Positions 39,603 through 50,647 of a stretch of DNA of 64,000 nucleotides are shown here, piece by piece. Numbering within the stretch: the first letter of the stretch is position 1; each line of letters opens with the position of its first letter. The stretch is from Eledone cirrhosa (lineage: Eukaryota), in the NCBI GenBank assembly GCA_964016885.1, contig OZ024742.1, positions 37,820,001-37,884,000 on the forward strand. The letters are read 5' to 3'. The position numbers and the translations under genes were made by a program. The notes under the pieces are model-generated. The model did not search any database and was not told the origin of the DNA. It saw only the letters and a list, made by a program, of their open reading frames with translations.

Positions 39603-39833
39603 TTAACTCTTTCCTTTTCACATTTTTAACTAACTGCCTATGAATTTAAAATAATTTTGAAAATAATCAAGAATTTGGAAAGATTTGGTAATATGAAGCT
39701 ATTGTTTGGAGCACAACAAATGGTTTTACATAAATTATGATAGGTTTTGAAATATATATAATAAATTAAAAATAAACAGTTTTGTATTGTAGAACCAATG
39801 TGGTTTCAGGCAGCTTGGTACCAGAAGGGTTAA
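39603..39833. mobile_element. TTAA-flanked MITE family 1 (piggyBac-like ends), representative copy
   Basis: About 230-260 bp with ends TTAAC(C/T)CTTT...AAGGGTTAA. Further copies at about 398-620, 6145-6399, 13401-13800, 21357-21605, 22203-22440, 35311-35514, 36520-36681, 50790-51028, 58019-58278, 62703-63145 and 63460-63644. Confidence 0.75.
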
Positions 39834-40683
39834 AACTGCTATTTCTAGCATGTTTAGCAGCTGCATAGAGGCTCCATCATTAGCGGTGAATTGGCAGCAT
39901 TAGTAGAGAGTCGGACACCATGCTTTGACAGATAGAGTTACGGCCCTTACCATTCTGAGTTCAAATCCCGCCGAGGTTAACTTTGCCTTTCTTTTGTGTT
40001 CAAATCTTGCTATGGTTGACTTTAAGGGAAGTCAATATATTAAATACACATAAAATTATCCTTATTTGATACCAACTTAACTGAAAATGGCTCTGTTTCT
40101 ATGAAACAAAACCACTCGTTTTAAAAGATTCCCATTTGAATTAATTTCTTTCAACATAATTTAAAACTATATTTAGTTACTATCTTAATAATGAAATATT
40201 TAATATTTTAGTAAATCTTTAAAAATTCTTCATTAATAGGGTGCACTGTATTTGAAACAGTCATGAAAGGGTTATGAGGTCAACCCACTCAACTATCCCC
40301 ACACCAAGAAATTCTGTTCTTATACCTTTCAATATCAAAGGCTAGAATTTAGAGAAAGTTATGTATATTATCTCAAGGTAAATATTAAGATTACTGAATG
40401 ATATCATTATAAATATAGAATACACAGTAGTATAATCTTAAGTAAAAGAAAGTAGGATGCTAAAACAGCTAGATAGATATTATCAAAGACGCAAAAAAGA
40501 AAAAAAAAATAGAAGGAAAGAAAGAAAATAAACCAGCAGTAGGAGAGATCACTTTCAAAAGAAAAACAAGATATTTTTGATGATACATATCTATATTAGA
40601 ACCATCAAATTTACCTACCCTTTTCCAAAACTCCCCAAAATGCTTACAGAACTATTTCATATAAAGAAATCATCATCATTACG

Positions 40684-40720
<37 letters not shown>
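40684..40720. repeat. (ACT)n microsatellite
   Basis: Read directly. Confidence 0.95.
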
Positions 40721-41817
40721 TCATTAGATAATGAAACTTCATAAAATAATAAACAAATAAATATATAAAGTTTACTCATGTGTCTTAAAGTATTTTATTT
40801 AATATTATCCTTTTCATTTTTATAACAGCAGTAAAATCATTTATGAGAGTATCTATGGCAAAGTTGGCTTATATCGTTATTGAAACAAATATCAATCATT
40901 CTATATCATGAAAAAAAATATTGTACTAAGAATGTATAGGTTTTTGTAATAGAACTATTATGATAAGATCCATTTCATATAGAGAAACATTTAGGTTGTC
41001 AGAGACTGGCTTTAGTCAAATGTTTATCTTTTAAACATTTTAAAAATAAGACCTTCAGTTCTATTTCTCAAAATCAAACAAGTCCCTTATGTTAAAGCTA
41101 AATTGTATAACAAACTGAATAGCTACTTTTATAAACAGTTAAAGTGGCAATATTGTGTATGTGTTTATTTTATGTTCAACACTTTGACAAATGCCTGATA
41201 TAAAATTTACTCCTCCAAATGTTTTCAGGCCATTTACTTTATGATGAAGAAAGATTTAACCTTGCAAGCATCCATGAGGTTCTTTATGAGGCAATATTTT
41301 AGTGTCAGATGCCCTGCATTTGGTTACATCCCTTTACATTCTAAATTTAAATGCCACCCAGGTCAACTTTGTCTTTCATAATTCTGAGGTCAATACAATC
41401 ACCTTTATTCTTGAAGGTGATGGCCCACTATAACCACAGTTCTGTGATTGAAACGGGCAAAAGTATAAACACCATTCCTGAAAGCTAGAGATTGCTAACT
41501 AAAATACAAATATAAAACAAGCAATGGTGCAAATTGAATCTAGGCTTTTATCATTAATACACTCACATACAAAAATATGATAAAAATATAATAACAATAT
41601 ATATTTTGAAACATAGAACCTAGTCGTACTAACAACACTGTTCTGCAGAAGAATTTTAATGTTAAGGTATTGTTCCCAAAATAAATAATATCAAAATATC
41701 ATAGATTTGATATTATGTGAGGTAAATCTTTTACCATGAAAATACAATAGTAAATATAGAGTAATGTAAATGCTAAAGGGTTAATAAAGATCCTTATGTG
41801 AAATTATGAAATTATGA

Positions 41818-42149
41818 TAGCTTAGTGGTTAGAGCATTGGCCTTGCAATCGAAAGGTTGTGAGTTCAATTCTAAGACCGGGTGATGTGTTGTTTCCTTGA
41901 GCAAGACACTTTATTTCACATTGCTCCAGTTTACTCAGCTGTAGAAATGAGATGATAGGGACTGAGGTCCCTATCATTCCACTGCAAGTGGTCGTGGAGG
42001 TGCCACGGCAAAAAAGCACCCAGCACTCACTGTAAATGAGGTTGGTGTTAGGAAGGGCATCCAGCTGTAGAAATCAAGCCAGAATCAGTTCCCGTCCCAC
42101 CCTTGCAAGCAGGGAAAAAGTGGACGTAAAATGAAATGATGATGATGAT
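41818..42149 (+). mobile_element. tRNA-head SINE with an RTE-derived 3' tail and (ATG)n end
   Basis: A/B boxes TAGCTTAGTGG and GAGTTCAATTC, then CCTTGAGCAAGACACTT. The body matches the RTE-A 3'UTR and the terminus matches the RTE-B 3' end. Confidence 0.85.
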
Positions 42150-44632
42150 ATAAACTGTTAAAAATACAATAAACAGCTTAGTAGTACAGGGACAGGTTAA
42201 GTACAAAGATGAATATTTTCAACTGAGAATCTAAGCTTCATCGTGCATCTTGTATATTTAATTTTTTAATTAACATCCAAATTCTAGTCAAATAAATACA
42301 ACTCAGAAATTAACAATAGGATAATTGAAAAGCTTAATTAATCTATTAACTTCACCATATCTTCAGATTAATTTCCAATTGATATTACTTTCATTTAAGA
42401 TGTAATGAGGATTTTAAAATATTTAACCTTTTTATTACCATAATTATAATGAAAAACACTGCCTATGGTTTTCAATTAATTTTGATAATAACCAAGAATT
42501 TGACAAGATTGTGACGTGTGGAGAGATGCCGTGTTGAGAAGAATCCGTCCAACCCATGCAAGCATGGAAAAGCAGATGTAAAAATAATGATGATGATAAT
42601 TATGATGGTTTAAGAAGCCATTTTCATATCAAAAGAATTATTACAAATATGATTTCTAACATAGGTAAATGTTCACAAATTTGGGGTGACGAGTGGAGTC
42701 AATTATATTTACCCTGGAAGGATAAAATATAAAGTTGACCTCAGCTGGAGTTGAACACAAAACATAAAAATGTGTAACTAGATTATCTACAACTAAAAAC
42801 AAAAAAGTAGCTGAATAACCATTTAATAAAATCAAAAGTAACTCAAGATATATCCCATGGGTAAAATAAAATATATTCTATGCATTTATCACTAAATAAG
42901 AAATCAAAAATGATAAAAACGAGAAGAAAGAAAATCAATCACCTTACATGTTTAAAGTTAGGGTGTTTAAAACAACACATATCCATTGTTTTAGATTCTT
43001 AATAAATGTAATTCTCCAGTCTTGTATTCAATAAGGACACTCATAACATTAATGGAGAGATGGTAAATGTAATACTAACAATAAATCAAATGTCAGATGA
43101 GCTTATATTGTAATTAGGAGCAGTCAAGCAGTCTATAAGAAAAATACCTCTGGCTTTATGATCAACATCATTCACATATTTTCACTATTTCCTCATACTG
43201 TTATTTATTATTGGACAGATCAGAAAAATAACTGTCTACCTGTCAGACCCCTAACACAGTTATGTTATTGCCTAAATATTTCAGGTCAGTACAAGCTACC
43301 TACTGATCTATCCCCATTTTCTATATGCCTGTTTATGTTGAAGCTACTATCTACTTGGTTACTAACTTATTATTATTTGTGCATAAATAGAGCAGTTAAA
43401 TTAACAACAAAATTGAGTTTAAGAATAAAAATTATCACACATATATGACAGTCACTTGTCCTGAATTAGTCATAAGAAAATTTTGTTTTGTCTTTTTAAT
43501 GCAAAATAAAAGAAAATACAAGAAAATAAAAGAAAATAAAAGAAAATACAATTTTAGCATACGATATAACATTCTTATCCCTAATTTACTTGAATAAATA
43601 AATATCAATTTCTATTTCACCTGACTACTAACATGACAAAGTGACTACAACAAACACTGTATGTGTGTGTTTCACCTCTGTTGCTTTTGACAATGTGTTT
43701 CAGTTGTTCAAAATGACACAGCCTGCTCATGAAATTAACATGGTTGAGTATTCCCCAGACATGTGCACCCTTAAAATAATTCACATGGAGATTTAGTATG
43801 ACACCGTGTGTGACTTGGCTGGCTCTTTGAATTCAAGGTACAACTAATTTTTGCCAGTGGAGAGGAATTGACTCACAGCCTCACAATTGTGAGCCAAAAA
43901 CCCTAACTACGAGCCACACATCTTTACATAACAGAGAAAAGGAGGTAAACTATTAGTAAATTGAGTTACAGTTTTGGTTCCTCACTTGTAGCCACTTGAG
44001 ATATACCCCTGATTAAAGCATGAAAACTACCATATTCATTTCCTCATCTTCTGGAAAAAGCAATAAGAAGCTGCTCCAGTTAAGCTTCAACAACATGACA
44101 TGTCCACAAACATGTGCATTTCAAATAATAATTGTTTCTAACATAGACAGAAAGCCAGTAATATTTGGTGGGAGGAGGAAGTTGATTAAATTGACTCCAG
44201 TACATCACTGGTATTTTATTTAATCAACTCCGGAAGAATGAAAGGTGAAGTTGATCTCAGCTGAATTTGAATTTAGAACTTAAAGAGCTGGAATAAATAC
44301 TGCAAAGTATTCTTTCGGCACTCTAATCATTCTGCCAATCCACTACCTTAATAACAACAACAACAACAATGATGATGAATAATAATAGAGATACAGAAAA
44401 TAGTGCTAACTGCCATTGCCTGATAAAGGCATTATCAATCTAAATAGCTTGCAAAGACATTTGCTCTTGTGTTTATGTATTTATAGTATCATTTATTAGC
44501 CAATTGATTTTTAAATACGTGTCTAACCAAATGTTGCGTTATGCATCAGGTTGGCACTTGGTAGAATATGAGAAAAAAAACAGAATTGAAAGGAAGTTTT
44601 TAAAAATAATAATAATACATCACAATAAACAC

Positions 44633-44842
44633 TTTAACCCATTTGCAGCCATATCCATCCAGAAGTCTCTCATCTCTTTCTGTTCAAACCGGCTGTAACC
44701 AGCCACTCATACTGATGTTAAGGTATTGTTTTCAAAATAAATAATATCAAAAGTCTTGTAGATTCGATATTATGTGAGATAAAGCCTTTTCTGTGAAAAT
44801 GCTATAGTAAATATAGAGTAATGTAAAAGCTAAAGGGTTAAA
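44633..44842. mobile_element. TTAA-flanked MITE family 2
   Basis: TTAACCCATTTGC...GCTAAAGGGTTAA. A partial copy lies at about 41650-41785, and an inverted copy at 12122-13404 is split by the CR1 insertion. Confidence 0.7.
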
Positions 44843-47800
44843 GCCATTTTCCCTGCTAAAGTTGGAGTTAGTCTGGCAGATCCCATGACAGACTTCATAA
44901 TCATCATGAAGCAATGTTTCACAGCTGGATGCCCTTCCTGGCAACAACTCTATTAGTTGCCTCTTACAACATGCAACGTCATTGTGTACCTATTCTAAGC
45001 TGAATACATATAAAATAGTAATAATTGTTTCTACTTTAGGCACAAAGTCAGTAATTTTGAGAGGGGGAGGGATTAAATCAACCCCAGTGCATAACTGGTA
45101 CTTTATTTTATCAACCCTGTAAAGTCCAAGGCCTTATTTTATTCAGTGTTCTACTGGTTCTGTCATCCATGCATTTCTCATCTGCATCTACCACTCTTCA
45201 CAAATAGACATAAGTTAGCTTTTGCTACAATCACCATCATTTTTAGTCGCTTCACATGCTTGCATAGAGTGGATGGGTTTTTTCCAGCACAGCTCCCCCT
45301 CTACTTATGTTTCTTTGTTATCTCCCCTGTGAGGTTCAACATTGAGATGAGCTCTCACCACTTCTGTCCATGTCTTTCTCAGGTTACTTCTACCATGTTT
45401 TCCTTCTACTTGGAACTCCTGACATTTCTTCACCCAACAATCGTCACCTATATGTGTCCATACTGACCTTCGCTCTTGCACACTGTATTTCTCAGTTTTT
45501 CGATCAACTCATCTGTGTTTATTGTTCATATATATTAATCTTACATATAGAATGAAGCATGCATGATTCCTTTCTAGCTTTCACATATCCTCTACATATA
45601 CTGTCCATGTCTCACTATTATACAACAAATAATAATTATTTCTAATTTAGACACAAGGAAAGTAGAAAAGTTGATTACATCGACCCCAGTTCTTTACTGG
45701 TTCATTATTTTATCGACCTCAAGAGGATGAAAGGCAAAGTTGATGGTGGGATTTGAACTCAGAACATAAAGAACAGAAAAAATACTGCTAAGCATTTGTT
45801 CAACACTCTAACTCAGCCAATCCACTGCCTTGTAACAAATTTGATTTATTCCAGACATCAAATCTTGTTTAGTATTCAGAGCTACGTAATAAAAACAATA
45901 TATATAATATATATATATATACAGAGAGAGAGAGAGAGAGAGAAGGGGGGGGGGACAAAAAATTAACATAAATGTATTTTTCCACTTCAATTAATTATAT
46001 TTTTTCCATTTCAATTTGGATGAAGTGAAAAGAAAAAAAATATTAGAATTATATTCATGTCGGCCCCCATGCTCCACCACTCAAGAGAGTATCAAACTAC
46101 CAGTATGATATACTGTAAACTTACTATATTAAACCTTACAACTTCTCTATCTGACCCAGCATTACAACAACAACAATAAAAATGTCCAATTCACTTCTTA
46201 CACTCTTTTAGACTTATACAAAAATTAATATTTTATTTCAACAGAGTATCAAATAGAATTTACTTTATTATTTACAAAAACAACTTACTGGATTTAATAG
46301 AAAAAAATAATTCAAGTTGATACAGTTGCACATGAAAGCAACAAACTAACACATCTTAAATGCAAATTTGTGACTGGATGTGACTGGGAAGTTGCTAAGC
46401 CAGAAAGAAACAAGTTAAAAAGATTTTTTTAAAAGATTGTAGATCCCTAAACGTTTTCAATCATCCCTTCATTAAATCCTTGATCACTCATCAACCCTTG
46501 GTATGTCCAAAAATAAGTAAATGAATAATTCAGTAAACAGAATATAAAATAAATAGAAAATAAAGAGTAATAATATATAAATCAGAAACCTGTATAAACA
46601 AATTATATTTTATTGTATTACTAGTGGAACTGTGCCATCACTAATGATGGCAATAGCATTAAATATATTTAATACTTGTGTGTGTGAATGTATGTTAGTG
46701 TGAATTTATATATAAACCATTCTCACCATTATTGTACCCATCCCACTCTATCCAAGATCATCCACACTAGTCATAGCTCCTTTAGCATCTGTTCTCACCA
46801 TCACTGTACCCTCCACTCTATCTGAGGCCACCACCTCAATTTCTTTCTCTTATATCACTTTGCCAAATCCACCATATTTTTCTCAGTCCTATTCTCTCTT
46901 ACATCACCCCAAAATCCCACCATACTTTCCCACCTACAGTCATTCACCCACGGCATTATATTTATCATCGTCTAAACATGTCTTACTTGAGACAGGCCAT
47001 CATCCTTCCACCACATACAGAGAGGGCTCTTAAGCTGAATCAATAACCCACAACCTCTTTAATACTGGCGCCATAAAAAGTGCATGCAGTACACTCTGCA
47101 AAGTGGTAGGTGATTGAACAGATACAATATAGGGTAGAGAGGACTCTTCAGTCTAGTACTAATGCTATGATAAAATGCATATGTAAAGTGATAGTGTTAG
47201 TGCAACAATAAAAAGCATCTGGTATACTTCATAAAAAGTGGTTGGCATTGGGAAGGGTATTTAGCCATAGAATCCATGGGACATATGAGCATGGATGACA
47301 GACATGAAATGATGATGATGATTATAATGTTTATCACCAATCATCTCACCAAGGTTACTAACCACAACTGCAATACCCTAACACTCTCACAAACATATCA
47401 CACACAGAAAAATAAAAGAGGTATCATAAGAGTATCACAACTAAAATAATCCTAGAAACATAGAAACATACAACACAAGGTAACCTAAAAAATACAACTC
47501 CAATTATGCACCAGAAAAAACAAAGTTCATTAAGTGTTGATCGACGACCTCAAGGCTGTGCTTCACATGAGATGCATGTGCTAGTATGGCCATGTCGAGC
47601 GCAGTGAGGGCTGGATCAGCAAAGTGATGAATGTCGATCCAGGAGGCAGTAGAGGTCCAGGAAGACCAAAAAGGAATTAAGCTAAGCTTGGACTGGCCCA
47701 AGTGAGACCAGCGGACAGAAACACATGGAGTGGGACTCTAAGGTGTGCTGTCAGGCAGGACCCACCCCTACTTAGAGATTAATTGTGTCCTGCATAATCA

Positions 47801-47959
47801 AAAACTGGATGATGATTAAAATTAGAAATAAGCTCAAATATAATACACCAAAACAAAACGCATCATCAAATAACTAAAAAAAGAAATACTAAAAAGGTGA
47901 AAATGCTGGCCAGCAAACTAGTTGTCAGGTCACCGAGCCAATGCAGTGTACAAGAACAA

Positions 47960-48510
47960 CACTTTCAAAACATGAAATTTCCTAAAAGGGGTACCACAAG
48001 CAACTGTCTAATCCAACACTCTTTTTAATCTATACTGATATGGACATCTCATATCACCACATAATATACAGATAGCCTCATAGGTAGATGACACCACACT
48101 CATGTCTTCCTAAAATCCATTAGACACTGCTGCACAACTACTCCAACTCTACATAAATCATCTTGACACTTGGTTCCATAACAGGAAATCTTGTTTCTCT
48201 TCTTACTAGCAACAACATAATCGAGAGAGATAGAGGAGGGGGGAGACAATACTAGGAGTTAAATGTGAATCCTCCACAATATTCAAAACACATAGAAGAC
48301 ATAGTAAAGAAAGTAAGACAATGCATAAACATACTAGGATCAATCATAGGTACCACATTTGATCAACAGAAAGACACCAAGTCTCTCCACAAATTACAAT
48401 AAACTACAAAGAACACAAACCAGCGAACTACACATTATAACAGGTTTTACACATGTACCTATACAATGTACAAAAGTACTAAAATTAAAAGATTATAAGG
48501 ATATGCAAGG
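47960..48510 (+). mobile_element. Very decayed non-LTR RT remnant
   Basis: ggggtaccacaag (GVPQ), ccaacactctttttaatctatac (PTLF.LY-like) and gtagatgacaccacactc (DDTTL) occur in RT order, with broken frames. Confidence 0.45.
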
Positions 48511-49140
48511 GGCACAGTTTGTTGCTACAGCAAGTTTCAGTTCCAGTAGAAATACTATTGCCTTTTGTGTAAATTCTTCGTCCACACTTACTCTAGAAAT
48601 ATAACTGTTTCAACACAAAATTTTACATCAAGAATATTGCAAAACAAATACAAAAATGAAGCACTGTAGAGTAGATGTATTAAACAACTAACTTTCAGAT
48701 AAATCAAAAGGGAAGGGAATTATAAGATATAAAAAGGCATATATAATAACAGCAGTATCAAGTTTAATCAACAACTTAAATGTAATTGGAACCATAAATT
48801 AAAGATAATGAATTCATTACAAGGATATTATTTAGCTCACAAAAGTATTTTATTTCATAAACTATCAGATGTGAATGTAGTAATTTTCAGTTATTTTCCT
48901 AGTTCATTCTGATGGTATGTTCCAGAATATTAAATTAAAGGAGTTTGAAACTATATTTCGAAGACCAATCCTCTATCATGTAAAATCTGAACACCATATA
49001 GTATAATGATTCAAATTTGGCTGCTAGAAATACAGAAGATATTGATAAATTTAACTACAAAATAAGCAAAACTCATGCTATTTCAGTTGTTTTTTATTCA
49101 ATTTGGATTGCCTCGGAAACATAACCTTATTATGTAACAA

Positions 49141-49214
49141 GCTGTCTGACAATGTCGCGACACTGGCACACAGAACAGTGTGGCCACTGGCGTCATTGAA
49201 ATATATATCACAGC
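49141..49214 (+). ncRNA. Type I hammerhead ribozyme motif with G8-to-A core mutation (CTGACAA), probably inactive
   Basis: Copy of 50417-50490 in the upstream direct repeat, with CTGACAA in place of CTGACGA. Confidence 0.55.
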
Positions 49215-50416
49215 ATTATTATTAAAAGACTTGAACATCGGAAACTACTTCGCTTTTCCTTATTCGATATTTACTCCGTCACTCCTATGTGGAATAAGTA
49301 TGTTGAGTGCTTGAATTGAATTGCATCAATGTTTACCCTAAGAATTTAGCTCCAATTAGTTGAGCGCTCTATAATGTAATCGATATGGTGGAGAAGAGAG
49401 GAACCAACCACGAGCTACACCCGGAAATTCCCGCTACCATGGGGATGGAAACCCCTGACACTGGACGGACATAATAATAATTTTCGGCAGGATAAATACG
49501 CGGAAACAAAAACAAAGATAAACCCCTATTTTCCTGCACCAAATCGCATTTGAACAGAAGCCCCCTCAATTAAATCTATACATGGACAAATTGACAATCA
49601 TATGGATCATTTTGCATATATGTACTCTATGTGTTTTTGCATTTATTCATTATTGGTTCTTTTATTTTGTGTACTTTATATCATTTTTTGGGGGGTTTGT
49701 TCCATGTGATGGAAATTATGACTATGTACCCAATTGACTATTGCCTTTCATACTGTAGTTTACCCTCCGTTCTACTGTACAGTACTATCGTTCAGTATGT
49801 GGATAGTGTAACTGTGACATTAGTGCCCCTTTCAGAACTTCTTACTTAAACATCTCTCTGCATATTATTTACTCATTTCAATCTATATATTTTTTTACTC
49901 ACCTCACTTGAACATTTTTTTAATTTCTAATTGTTAAATTTTTTGTATTTTTTAATTTTTTAATTTATAATTTCTGATATTTGATTTAGGATTTTCGATT
50001 TTAAATTTTTATTTCTAACTCTCACTCATAACTTACAATGTGAAACCATGATACCTAGAATTAAGTATATTTTCTCTTAGGGGTTGATGGTCAGTTGTAC
50101 TGTCCATGCTTGGTGAGAGGTAGTATTGGGACCTGGCTTTCGGCTGACTGCCACAGACGGGATGGGTAGCAGTAAACTATGGTACAGGCCTGAATGGGTC
50201 ATTGTTTGGCTGAGAGGGGGAACTGACTAAGCGAATTTCGTTGAAATCTGCGGTAGCTAATGGTCAACTTCCTCCGGTCCTGCGCCTGCGCAGACCGGTG
50301 GGGGTGAATTGGTACTCACAGGGGAACGGATGAAGAACCCTAAAGCACACACTTCGTCCGTTCCCATGTCAATTCAATTTGGATTGCCTCGGAAACATAA
50401 CCTTATTATGTAACAA

Positions 50417-50490
50417 GCTGTCTGACGATGTCGCGACACTGTCACACAGAACAGTGTGGCCACTGTCGTCATTGAAATATATATCACAGC
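50417..50490 (+). ncRNA. Type I hammerhead ribozyme motif, core intact
   Basis: GCTGT-CTGACGA-[long stem II]-GAAA-TATATA-TC^ACAGC. Helix I is GCTGT/ACAGC, the CUGANGA and GAAA boxes are present, the cleavage triplet is AUC, and stem III is minimal and palindromic. The base of stem II pairs irregularly. Confidence 0.68.
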
Positions 50491-50544
50491 ATTATTATTA
50501 AAAAACTTGAACATCGGAAACTACTTCGCTTTTCCTTATTCTAT

Positions 50545-50647
<103 letters not shown>

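Larger units (their letters stand above)
49096..50541 (+). mobile_element. Non-coding retrozyme-like or non-autonomous Penelope-like element with 170-bp terminal direct repeats
   Basis: 49096-49265 and 50372-50541 are direct repeats (4 mismatches counted by eye), each holding a hammerhead motif. The interior has no long ORF. A (GA)n tract follows the element. Confidence 0.7.

Noticed and set aside
41818-41880. tRNA gene-like sequence (also near 56140 and 39880)
   Set aside because: No closed acceptor stem, and the sequence continues into SINE body; these are SINE heads.
43986-44050. Minus-strand segment with good acceptor and donor ending in KWLQ, resembling liprin-beta EWLQ
   Set aside because: Stop codons occur in all three frames between the splice sites.
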